Below, one piece after another: positions 23,025-34,037 of a stretch of 64,000 bases of DNA. The notes beneath the pieces were generated by a model, which did no database searches, had not been told where the DNA came from, and saw only the letters and a list, made by a program, of their open reading frames with translations. The position numbers and the translations under genes are program-made. The stretch's first letter is position 1, and each line of letters begins with the position of its first letter. The stretch is from Scenedesmus sp. PABB004 (Eukaryota): contig JABVCE010000002.1 in NCBI GenBank assembly GCA_014905635.1, forward strand, positions 1,178,001 to 1,242,000. The letters are read 5' to 3'.

Positions 23025-24899
23025 AGGGCTGGGCGGCAGCGGGCCGCCGTTCATGCCTGGCTGCTGGCCGCTCGCCGACTGCTGCTCCGGCGGCTGCTGC
23101 TGCTGCTCCTGCTGCTGCTGCCCCTCCTGCTGCTGCCCCTCCTGCTGCTGCTGCTGCTGCTGCTGCCCCTCCCGCTGCTCCGCCGCCGCCGCGGCTGCCG
23201 CCGCCGCCCGGCGCTCCGCGCGTTGTATGCGCGCCTGCTCGCGCCGCCACAGGCCGTCGAGCGAGGCCTGCAGGCTGACCGCGTCGCCGCCGGCGCCGAG
23301 CTGGTCGCGCAGCTCCGCCGAGCGGTCCAGCAGGCGGTTGAAGAGGTGCTCCACCTGGGCGCGGCGGCGTGGCGCGCGCGGCGGGCGCGGCGGCGTCGCC
23401 GCGCGTCGGCCGCGCCGCCTCCTGGCCGGCTGCGTGGGCGCCGCCGCGCGGCGCGGCGGCGGCGGGCGCGGCGCGCGCCTGCTTGTCGACGCCCGCGTCG
23501 AGCTGGCTGCCGTCGCGCAGGTACAGGGGCACGCTGGAGCCGTTGATGTCGTGCATGGGGATGCCCAGCTGCCGCGCGAGCACCGCCAGCGGGTTGCCGT
23601 CGATGCCTGGCGCGGCCACGCGGGGGCGGCGGCGGCGGCGCTCGCGCGGCGGCGGCGGCGGCGCTCGCGCGGCGGCGGCGGGCGGCAGTGGGGGCGCGGG
23701 CGTCTCCCGGCCGCCGCTCCGCCGCACCGGTGATGATGCTGCCGCCGAGGTCGGCCACCGCGGCAGCGCCGTCCGGGCCCTGGCGCAGCGGCGGCGGCGC
23801 GCGGCGGCGGCAGCGGCAGGGGCTGAGCGCGCGGCCGCTGCCGCGGCCGCGGCGGGCCCCCTTGGCCGCGGCGCCCACCTCGAGTCGGTGCGTGAAGACG
23901 CGGCCGCCGGGGCGGTCGGCGCCCTCCACCACGACGACGGCGTACCCGTGGTTGGCCAGCTGCCGCGCCGCCGACAGGCCTGCGCGCGGCGCGGCGCGGT
24001 CGCGACGCGGCGCGGTCGCGGCGCGGCCGGGCGCGCGCCGCGGGGGCCGCCGCGCCGCGGCGCCCCGTCGCACTGCCGTAGCACAGCCCACCCGCGAGGC
24101 CCGCGCCGATGACGACCACGGCCTCGCTGCGCGGCGGGCTGGGGCGGCCGGTGATTGCCGGCGCGACGCCGAAGTTTATGAAGCCCTGCAGGTCGAGCCA
24201 CTGCCACGCGCTGTCGACGAGGTGCTTGTGCCGCGGCAGGATCTTGGCGCCCGCCGCGTCACGGGAGAGGAAGGCGCCGACGTTGGAGCGCCAGCGCGCC
24301 AGGATGTGGTTGCGCACCTGCACCGGCAGCGGCGGCGGCGGCGGCGGTGGCGTGGCTGCGCCGGGCAGGGGTGCCGAGCAGGGCGCTGGCCGCTGCGCAC
24401 GCACACTGCGTGCGTGCGCGTGACGGGCTGCGCCGGCAGCGCACGCCGCGCGCCGCGCACCCGGAAGTACGCCTCCTCGTCCAGGTCGTCTGGCAGCAGC
24501 CCCGCCTCGTGCTCGTTCATGCCAAACGCGTCCAGTCCCACTGCGCGGGCGAGGGGCACCGAAGCGGGCTCGATCGGCGGCCGCACGCGCAGCACGGCGC
24601 GGCGCGGCGGCGGCGCTGAGCTACCCGCGCTCCGCACCCGCGTACGCCACCTCGATCTCCAGGGCGTCGTCGGTGATTTCCTTCTGGCGCTTGGCCGCGG
24701 CCGTCTCCTGCCCCCGGCCTGGCCCGCGCTTGCGGTGGCTGCGCAGCTCCTCCTCTTCATCCTCCAGGGCGCCGTCAGGCCACGCACGCACCGTCACGCC
24801 CAGCGCCGGGGTGCCGCCGGCGCTGGGCGCGCTGCTGTCCGCCGACTGCTCCGGAGAGGATGGCGGGCTGCCCACCTCCCCACCGTCGCTCGCCTCCAT
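20758..24899 (-). CDS. Lysine-specific histone demethylase LSD1-like (plant LDL/FLD type): SWIRM plus amine oxidase domain
   Basis: VRNHILARW...GFINFG (SWIRM), VVVIGAGLAG, GGRVFT, DLGGSIITG, WHLANIEFANA, HWDLDD, GVLNKV (catalytic Lys), GSYSS, FFAGEAT, YPATMHGAF. Confidence 0.95.
22961..23022 (-). repeat. (CAG)n microsatellite encoding poly-Q in the LSD1-like gene
   Basis: About 20 uninterrupted ctg units on the + strand. Confidence 0.9.
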
Positions 24900-24963
24900 C
24901 CCGCCAGCGTCCCCGGCGGCACGCCGCGTAGCGACGCCAACGCCGCGATCCCGCCGGCCGGCA

Positions 24964-25940
24964 GCGCGTCTGCAGCCGACCGCCGCCGCTGCCGCTTGCT
25001 GCTGCTGCTGCGCTCTCGCTCGCGCACGAGCCCCGAGCCGCTGCGGGCGGGGCCGGGCGCGTCGTGGCGCGCAGCCAACACGACGCCGGGGGGGAGCACT
25101 GCTGGCGCGTGTGTGTGTGTGTGTGGGGGGGGGGGGGGCGTGCTCTCGCTCGAGCTGCAGCGCCGCGGGGCCCCGAACCCCACAAGGCCAGGCGCGCTGC
25201 CGCCGCGCGCGGCGGCGCGCGTGGTGGAGGTTCTCTTAGCGCTGGCGCTTGGCGCTGCTGCTGCTGGTGGTGCTTGCCGCTGCCGCCGCTCTGCAGGCAG
25301 CCCTGCACGGGCGCCCCGCCGCCGCCAGCGGCGAGCGGTCCTGCCCGCTCTGCTTCCTCGCTCGCCGGGCGGCTGCCCAGCGCTGAATGTAAGCCATACG
25401 ACGAAACAAAACGCAAAAGGTGAGCGCAGCGAGGGAGGTTCGAACTCCCGCGGGAAATCCCACTAAGTTAGCAGCCTAGCGCCTTAACCACTCGGCCATC
25501 GCTGCTGACTGTACTGGCCGAAGCCAGCCGATCAGTGTCCACGCACCCAGGCGTGGCTACCCCACCGCGATTGCCATCTGGCACTGCCTGCAGTATATAT
25601 ACAGCACATCTCAAATTGACGCTTTTTGCTTTTTGGCAATTGTGACCCCTGAAACGCGTTCTTCGCAAATTTCGATCCATGTGGACCGAAAATGGGCACC
25701 CCCTCCTGGGGGATTTGTGGACGCATTTCTTGGCGCAACCGGCCATCGCACCACCCGCCCGCACACGGTCTCTCTCGCGCGCGCGCACGCGCATGCGGCA
25801 GCAAGGCCTTCAACACACCTGGCCAGAGACGTGTCAGACACCTGCAGCAACCCCACCTCTGCTGCTTCTGCGCCCCGCCGCGGCAACCCGGCTTTGCGCC
25901 CGCACGCGCGAACGCATGCATCGCTGCCAACACGCAGGCG
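24964..25940. repeat. Left arm of a long inverted repeat (~977 bp)
   Basis: Reverse complement of 26884-27849; inner coordinates sum to 52824 (25505/27319, 25940/26884). Confidence 0.97.
25425..25505 (-). tRNA. tRNA-Ser (anticodon GCT)
   Basis: Reverse complement of the 27319-27399 tRNA, with a T-run terminator downstream on the minus strand. Confidence 0.95.
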
Positions 25941-26885
25941 CTCCTCTGGGCGCTGCGCCAGCCGCCCGGCGGGGCGCGGCGCGGCGGCGCGGCGGGCGGC
26001 GCGCCTGTAGCGCCGCTCGTCGTGGACGTGGGCGCCAACGTCGGTGCGCGCACGGCACGCGCGGGCCGCGGCGGGCAGTCGCAGCCGCGCCCGCTGGCGC
26101 AGCACGCATGTCGCTCGGCCGGCTGTCTGCCGCCGCGCCCTGCAGGTTGGTTCATGGCCAACGCGGCCGCCGCCGGCGCGCGCGTCGCGGCGTTTGAGGC
26201 GATGGCCGCCAACGCCGCGCTGCTGCGGCGCACGCTGTGCGCCAACCCCTGGCTGCACGAGCGCATCGCGCTCTTCGCCACCGGGCTGGGCAACGCGTCT
26301 GCAAGCTGCTTCGTGATCAGCGACGTCCACAACGCCGTCGACGGCCACACCAAGTGCACCGCCGGCGAGCCGACGGCGCCGCCGGGCTACGCGGTGCGCC
26401 GCGACGCGCGCGCCGGCGGCGGCGCTGCGCGCTGGGCGTCGGCGGCGGCGCCTGATGCGCGACGGGGCCCCGCCTGCGCAGGTGCGCGGCGCCATGACGG
26501 TCAGGCGCCTGGACACGCTGGTGGCGGAGGACGTGCAGGTGGGTGGGGCGCCCGGCTGGCCGGCAGGGGTTGCTAGCAGGGAGGGGGGAGGATGCGGGCG
26601 GGCACGGCGCGCGCGCGAGCCGCCCCACAGCCAGCACCGCCAATTCTGCCGCCGGGCAGGTGCTGAAGATCGACGTCGAGGGCCACGAGGCGCAGGTGCT
26701 CGCGGGCGCGGCGCGGCTGTTTGAGCGTCACGCCGTGTCGTACGTCATGCTCGAGTGCAACCTCGGCATCATCGGCGACGCCGGCGGCCGCAGGCTCATC
26801 GCGTGCGCGCGCCGGCGCCGGGCGCGGCGGCCGGGCGCGGGCGGGTCGGGGAGGTAGGGGGCAGCGCACACGCTGAGCGCGCCCG
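25932..26885 (+). pseudogene. Internal fragment copy of the FkbM methyltransferase gene (source 17555-18505), introns retained
   Basis: Near-identical to 17555-18505, with about a dozen substitutions/indels counted by eye. Lacks the first exons and the last exon. Confidence 0.93.
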
Positions 26886-27849
26886 CCTGCGTGTTGGCAG
26901 CGATGCATGCGTTCGCGCGTGCGGGCGCAAAGCCGGGTTGCCGCGGCGGGGCGCAGAAGCAGCAGAGGTGGGGTTGCTGCAGGTGTCTGACACGTCTCTG
27001 GCCAGGTGTGTTGAAGGCCTTGCTGCCGCATGCGCGTGCGCGCGCGCGAGAGAGACCGTGTGCGGGCGGGTGGTGCGATGGCCGGTTGCGCCAAGAAATG
27101 CGTCCACAAATCCCCCAGGAGGGGGTGCCCATTTTCGGTCCACATGGATCGAAATTTGCGAAGAACGCGTTTCAGGGGTCACAATTGCCAAAAAGCAAAA
27201 AGCGTCAATTTGAGATGTGCTGTATATATACTGCAGGCAGTGCCAGATGGCAATCGCGGTGGGGTAGCCACGCCTGGGTGCGTGGACACTGATCGGCTGG
27301 CTTCGGCCAGTACAGTCAGCAGCGATGGCCGAGTGGTTAAGGCGCTAGGCTGCTAACTTAGTGGGATTTCCCGCGGGAGTTCGAACCTCCCTCGCTGCGC
27401 TCACCTTTTGCGTTTTGTTTCGTCGTATGGCTTACATTCAGCGCTGGGCAGCCGCCCGGCGAGCGAGGAAGCAGAGCGGGCAGGACCGCTCGCCGCTGGC
27501 GGCGGCGGGGCGCCCGTGCAGGGCTGCCTGCAGAGCGGCGGCAGCGGCAAGCACCACCAGCAGCAGCAGCGCCAAGCGCCAGCGCTAAGAGAACCTCCAC
27601 CACGCGCGCCGCCGCGCGCGGCGGCAGCGCGCCTGGCCTTGTGGGGTTCGGGGCCCCGCGGCGCTGCAGCTCGAGCGAGAGCACGCCCCCCCCCCCACAC
27701 ACACACACGCGCCAGCAGTGCTCCCCCCGGCGTGGTGTTGGCTGCGCGCCACGACGCGCCCGGCCCCGCCCGCAGCGGCTCGGGGCTCGCGCGCGAGCGA
27801 GAGCACAGCAGCAGCAGCAAGCGGCAGCGGCGGTCGGCTGCAGACGCGC
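26884..27849. repeat. Right arm of the long inverted repeat (~966 bp)
   Basis: Reverse complement of 24964-25940; differs at a few SNPs and microsatellite lengths near the outer end. Confidence 0.97.
27319..27399 (+). tRNA. tRNA-Ser (anticodon GCT)
   Basis: Acceptor stem GCAGCGA/TCGCTGC plus discriminator G. A-box TGGCCGAGTGG. Anticodon arm CTAGG-CT-GCT-AA-CTTAG. Long variable arm TGGGATTTCCCGC. T arm GGGAG-TTCGAAC-CTCCC. TTTT at 27406. Confidence 0.96.
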
Positions 27850-28325
27850 ACTTGTGCCCGCGCCGGCGCCGCCTGCCCACCACAACCGCTGTGAGCTTCT
27901 CGTACGCGCCGGCCCCACGGCGCACGGCCGCCGCGAGCGCTGGCCGCCCGCCGCCGGCGGCTGTGGCGCGCGCGCGCGCGCGGCAGCGGGCAGGGGCTTG
28001 GGACGGGTGCTCACGACGTTGTGGCAAGGCGGCGAGCGAGCGGCGGGAGGGCGTGCGGCGGGCGCGGCGTGCGCCGCCGCTGCGTGACGGGCGCAGCATG
28101 TCATGTCTCGCAGCACGCCCTCCGCGCGCTCCGGCCGCGCCAGCGCACTCTCAGCACCGAGCTACGCCGCCCTGGCAAGCCCGTGGCAGCGCCTCGCCTG
28201 TCCTTGTTGAGGGCCCCCGCGCCGCGCCGGGAGGCCGCGAGTAGCGCCCATGCGGCGCCCACGGGCCATGCCCCGCTGAGCGGACGCGCCTGCGGGCGCT
28301 GGGGCGCGGCGCCGCGACGCGCGGC

Positions 28326-31300
28326 ATGGGGGACGACTTTTACGCGCGCCAGGTGCGTCTTGCCGCCCCCGAGCGGCCCCTGCGGAGGGCGGTGCGGCCC
28401 CAGCAGCGGAGGCCGCGCGGGGCGGGCGTGCGGACGGCGCGCTGGGGCGCGGCGGCGCCGGCGCCGGCGGCGCTGCTGCGGAGCGGCCGCCGCGCCGGCG
28501 GGCCCGCCGCAGCGCGGCGGGCGGCGCGCGCGCCGGCCGCCCACGCCGCCCCCACCGCTGCGCCCTGCCGCCGCCGGCCGCGCGCGCAGAAGCGCGACTG
28601 GGTGCCGGGCGCCGAGCGGCCGGGCTTCGGCCGCGGCAGCGGGCCCGCGCCGTTTGGGGGCCCCCGCGGGGGGCGCTTCGAGCACCACGGCGGGCCGCCC
28701 CGCGACCTGGGCAATGACCGCCCGCCCCGGCCCTTCTTTGGCGCCGGCCGGGGGCCGCCCTTCCCGCCGCCGGGGCGCCGCGAGCCAGGTGGGCAGGGCG
28801 GGTGCCCCGCGCGCGCGCGCGCGGGCCTGCCGGCCGCGCGGCGGGCGGTGCCGACCCGCCCGCGCCCGCCGCGCGCAGGCGCGTTTGGCCCCAACGGCGA
28901 CTGGCCGCAGCGCGCGCCGATGGGGGGCGGGCCGATGGTGAGCGGCGGGGCGGCGGCGCGGCAGCGGCTGCGCTGCTGCCCGCGGGCCGCGCCTGGCGCG
29001 GTGCGCGGTGCGCGGCCGACTGTCTGCTGCTGAACCGCAGGGCGGCCCCGACGGCTGGCAGCATGGCGGCGGCGCCAAGGGCTTTGAGGACCGCGAGCGC
29101 GAGCGGGAGCGCGAGCGCGAGCGCGAGCGCGAGCGGCGGCCCGCGAGCCTGGAGCGCGGCGCCGCCGCGAGGGACGGCCTGCCGGGGCCGCCGTTGAGGG
29201 GCGGCGCCGGCGGCCCCGGCCAGCGCGACTGGGGCGACCCGCCGCGCGGCGGGCCGGGCGCGTATGGCAGCCCCGAGCGCCTCGGCGGCGAGCGCGGGCG
29301 GGGGCTGGACCGGCCGCTGGCGCGCGGCGATTCCGGCTACGGCGGCGGCGACCGCGGCGGCCCGCTGCGCCAGCTCAGCGGCTTGCGGGACGGCCCGCAC
29401 TCGGCGGGCGCGCGCGACGGCAGCAGGTGGGGCGCCGGCGGCGGGCGGGAGCGGCTCGGGCGCGGCTGCGGGCGCCGCCGCCGCTCGCGCCGACGCCGCA
29501 CCGCTGCCGCCGCTGCCCGTCGCAGACGCGAGAGCCGGGACTGGCGCGGCGGCGACAGCAGGCTCGAGAGGCACGGCGCCGGCGGCGGCAGCATGGGCCG
29601 CAGCCGCAGCCGGAGCAGGGAGCGCGTCGGAGGCGAGCTGGGTGCGGGGCTGGCGCGCAGCAGCAGCTGGCACCCGGGCGGCGCCGCGTACCGCCACGAG
29701 CGCGGCGAGCGGGACCGCGACCGCAGCCGCGACCACAGCCGCGACGACCGCAGCAGGCCCGGCAGCAGCCGGCACAGCAGCAAGTCCAGCAGAAGCCGCA
29801 GCGCCAGCCGCGCGCCCGACGAGGGGCCGTGGCAGCCGCAGCGGGGTGGCGACCACGCCAGCGACGACATCGAGGCGGGCGAGCTGCCGCTGGAGGGCGC
29901 GGAGCTGCCGCGTGCCGGCGCGGGGCTGGGCGGCGGCGGCGGCGCCGCCGCAGCGCGGGCGTCCGCGTCGCCGCTGTCCGACGGGCCCCTGCTGGGCAGC
30001 GCCGACCAGCACATGTACTCGCCGCCGTCGGACGGCGAGGAGGGCCCCGCGCCGGGCGTCGCTGCGGCGCAGCAGGGCGGCGCCGAGGGCGCGCCGGCGC
30101 GCGCGCTGCTGCCCGAGCCGCTGCCGCGCGCCGGCGCGCAGAGCGCGGGCGCGGCGGCGGCAACCGCGGCAGCCGGCGGCGCCGCGGACGGCGCCGCAGT
30201 GCCGCCACGCGGGGGCAGCCCAGCGCGGCCGAGCAGCAGCCTGCAGCGCGCCGCGTCAGGCGAGCCCGGCGGCGCCGAGCCGCTCAGCCGGCAGGCCAGC
30301 CAGGACGGCCCGCTGCAGCGGCAGCCGTCGGGCCCGGACGGCCAGCTGCCCTGCGGCGGCGGCGCCGGCGGCGACGACGGCCCCGTGCCAAAGCGGCGGC
30401 GCATCGGGTTTGGCATGGGCCTCGCCCGCCTCGGCAAGGCGCCCGGCAGCGCCGGCGGCGCCGGCGAAGGCGACGCCGACGGCGGCGGCGCTGACGGCGG
30501 CGGCGCCGACGGCGAGGCGCCGGACGGCGCGGCGCCCGAGCCCGATGCGCAGCCCGAGCCGGAGCCGCCGCCGCCGCCGCCGCCGGTGAACAAGGCGGAC
30601 ATCTCGCGCGCGCTGCAGCAGCTCGAGGACGAGGCGGGCGAGCTGGAGGCGGAGCTGGGCGAGCTCACCTCGGCGACCGATTCGCTGACCAACCGCCTCG
30701 CCGCGGTGGACCAGGAGCTGGTGCAGGTGCAGGGCCGCGACGTGATGGCCGAGGCGCAGGCGCGCGTCGCGGCCTGGCTCGACGAGCGCCGCCAGGCCGC
30801 CGCCGCGGCGCGCGCGGCGCGCTTCCGGCGCGAGCAGGAGGAGCGCGCGGCGGTCGCGGCGGCGGCCGAGAAGCAGGCCGGCGCCGCGGCGGCGCTCGCG
30901 GCGGCCGAGGCGGCCGCGGCCGAGGCCGCCGCGGCCGAGGCGGCGGCGGCCGAGGTGGTCATGGCGCGCGCGGCCGCGGCCGCGGCGGCGGTGGCCAAGC
31001 AGCTCGCCGCGGAGCAGCAGCTCTACGCGGACGGCCGCCTGCGCTCGCGCTCGCGGTCGCCGGCGCCGGCGCTGCTGGCGGGCGCGCGCGGGCGGCGCCC
31101 CGCGCCGCGTGCGCGGCGCGACGGCGAGCCCGCCGGCGGCCTCGCGGGGCTGAGCGCCCGCGCCGCAGAGCTGCTCTGGGACCTGCCCCGCCCCGACGCC
31201 GCGCGGCAGGCGGCCGTGCTGGCGGCCAACAAGGCGACCGCGTCGGGCGCGCGCACGGCGCTCGCGGCGCTGCTGCCGGGCAGCATGGCGGCCGAGGCGG

Positions 31301-32453
31301 CGGCGGCGCTCGGCGCGGCGCAGCCGCTGCGGCGGCGCTACTCGAGCATCGCCGACCTGCCCGGCGCGTGGGAGGCGCTGCAGGCGCAGCACGCGGCCGA
31401 CGCGGCGCCGGTCGCCCGCTTCCTGTCGCAACGCCGCGCGCTGCTGGGCCTCAAGCACGCGGCCATGGTCGCGCGCTACAAGGCCGGCGCGGCCAAGTTT
31501 GCGGCGGGGCTCAAGGCGGAGCAGGCGGCGGCGGCCGCCGCCGCGCCCGCGCCGCCGGCGCCGTCGAGCGGCGGCGGCTGGGCGGGCGGCGGGCGCGCGG
31601 GCGGGCGGTCGACGCGCGGCGGCGGGCCCGCGTCGGACGCGTTTGGCTGCGCCGCGATCAAGAGCGAGCTCGAGGAGTCGCGGCTGATGGCGGTCTTCCG
31701 GGCGCTCGAGGACCTGCGCACGATGAGCGCGCTGCCGGACCAGGCGCTCGACGCGTGGGCGGCGCGGTGGTCGGCGTTTGCGAGCGACAACGGCCGCGTC
31801 GACGACCCCGCGCGCGAGCTCGCGGAGGACAGCATGGGCCTCGACTGGACGCCCGACGAGCGGCGCACGTTCATGGAGCGCTTCCTGCAGTTCCCCAAGA
31901 ACTTCCGCGCGATCGCGAGCTACCTCCCCCACCGCACGGCCGCCGAGTGCGTCGTGTTTTTCTACAAGCACCAGAAGCTCGACGAGTTTGCGGCCGTGCG
32001 GCGCAAGCAGCAGCTCAAGAAGCGGCGCGCGATGGCGGAGACCAACAAGCGTGTCGGCGCGGGCGGGCGCCCGCTCGCGATCTCCGCGCTGCTGCAGGCC
32101 GCGGCGGAGCAGCGCGAGCAGCGCTACCGCGACCGCGAGAAGGACAAGGAGCGCAAGGACGCGGCGGCGCGCGACCGCGGCGACGCGCCGCGCGGCGGCG
32201 GCGGCGGTGCGGCCGGCGGCGAGGGGAGCGGCGGCGGCGCGCCGGGCGGGGCTGGGGCGACCGCGCCGGCGGCGGCGCGCGCCGCGCGGCCGCGCGCGCG
32301 CGCCGCGGCGGCGCGGCGCGCGGGGCGCGGCCGCGGCGGCGCCGGCGGCGGCGGCGAGGACGACGACGACGACGATGACTACACGCCCTGGGCCGACGCG
32401 GCGCCGGCGCCCGGCGGCGCGCCCGGCGCCGCGCGCCGCGCGAGCGGCGAGGA

Positions 32454-32485
<32 letters not shown>

Positions 32486-33679
32486 ACCCCGGCGGCGCGT
32501 GGCCGGACGGCGAGTTTGTGTCGGCGGTGCTGAGCCACGGGCGCAACATGGCGTGCATCGCGGCGCACATGGCGGCGGCGGGGTATGCCAAGAACGCCAA
32601 CTACGCGCGCTGGCACTACAGCCGCCACCGGCGCCGCCTGGGCCTGGACGAGGTCGCCGAGCGGGGGCTCGCGGCGCGGCGCGCGGCGCGCGTCGCGGCC
32701 GGCGGCGACGCCGCCGACGAGCCCGACGGCCGCTCCGCGAGCGGCGCGGACGACGACGACGGCGACACCGACAGCGGCGCGCGCGGCGCCGGCGCCGGCG
32801 GCGCCCCGCGGCGCAGCTGGGCGTGGAGCGACGCCGAGCGCGGCGCGTTCCTGGCGCGCTTCCGCGCCGTCGGCCGCGACTGGGCGCGCCTCGCGGAGGC
32901 GCTGCCGGGGCGCAGCACGGCGCAGGTGCGGGCGTACTACCAGAGCAACCGCCACAAGCTGCGCCTCGACCGACTGGACCCCGCCGCCGGCGGCGGCGGC
33001 GCCGGCGGCGGCGCGGCGCGCGGCGGCCGCGGGCGCGGCAGCCGCGCGGGCTCGCTCCCGTCCGACGCGCTGCTGAGCGGGCTCTCGCTCGCGAGCGCGG
33101 GCAGCGTGGGCGAGCAGGCGCGGCTCGTGCTGGCGGGCGTGCTCGGGCGGCAGTCGTCCGCGGCCGACCCCGCGCCGCCGCCGCGGGCGCCGTGGACGAG
33201 GCCTCGTGGCGCAAGCTCACCGGCGGCGCCGGCAAGGGCGCCCAGCCCGCGGCGGCGGCGCCGCCGGCCGCGCCGCCGGCCGCGCTGCCGGCCGCGCCGC
33301 CGGCCGCGCCGCCGGCCGCGCCGCAGCCCAACCCCAGCACCGCGGCGGGGCTGCTGGCGCTGCTGCAGGAGCGGCACCTCATTGCGGCGCGCAGCGAGCC
33401 AGGTGCGCGGCGGGGCCTGCGCCCGGCGCAGCGGCGCCGCGGCCGCCAGCACGCCCTCGCTGACCCCTCTCCCCTCCCGCTGCCGCCTGCGTCGCCCACC
33501 CCCTACGCCGCCACCGCAGCCGCCGTGGTGCCCGGGGTGCAGGGCATCCCGCTTGCAGCGCTGGCGGGCTCGCCGCTGCCGGCCCTGGCCGGCTCGCCGC
33601 TGCCGGCGCTGGCGGTGCCAGCGCCCGTCCCCGCCAAGCTGCCCACGCCGGCGGAACAGCTGCTGTCGCTCGCAGCCGC

Positions 33680-33710
<31 letters not shown>

Positions 33711-34004
33711 GAGCTGCTGGCGTCGGCACTGCTGCAGCTGCAGGCCGTCGCGACGGCCGGCCAGCCGGCGCCGACGCCGGGGGTGCTGATGCTGCAGGCC
33801 GCCCCGCTGGCGGCGGCGCCCAGGCACCTCGCGTCGGCGCTGCTGGGCGCTGCGGCGCCGGCGAGCGGCAGCCCCTTCCACCCCAGTGTTTCGGTCAGCG
33901 CGCCAGCGCTCTCGGGGCTGGACGCCTCGCAGCTGCTGGCGCTGCAGCTGACGGGCGGCGCTGGCGCCAGTGCCAACCTGCTGGCGCAGCTGAACGCCTC
34001 GGCC

Positions 34005-34037
<33 letters not shown>

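Noticed and set aside
27297..27318. Helitron 3' terminus (hairpin plus CTRR)
   Set aside because: The hairpin is present but no CTRR follows at the expected distance.
25468..27356. 108 aa and similar ORFs duplicated in the palindrome arms
   Set aside because: They overlap the tRNA, have non-host codon usage and show no recognisable motifs.
24964..27849. Pack-MULE/Foldback transposon interpretation of the palindrome
   Set aside because: The outer flanks (..ccggccggca / acttgtgccc..) show no 8-11 bp TSD, and the arms contain host tRNA and UTR-like sequence. It could be revived only if other genomic copies are found.
24964..27849. Pure assembly artefact
   Set aside because: Arms and spacer carry several substitutions relative to their partners, and the junctions show microhomology. 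An artefact is less likely but not excluded without reads.
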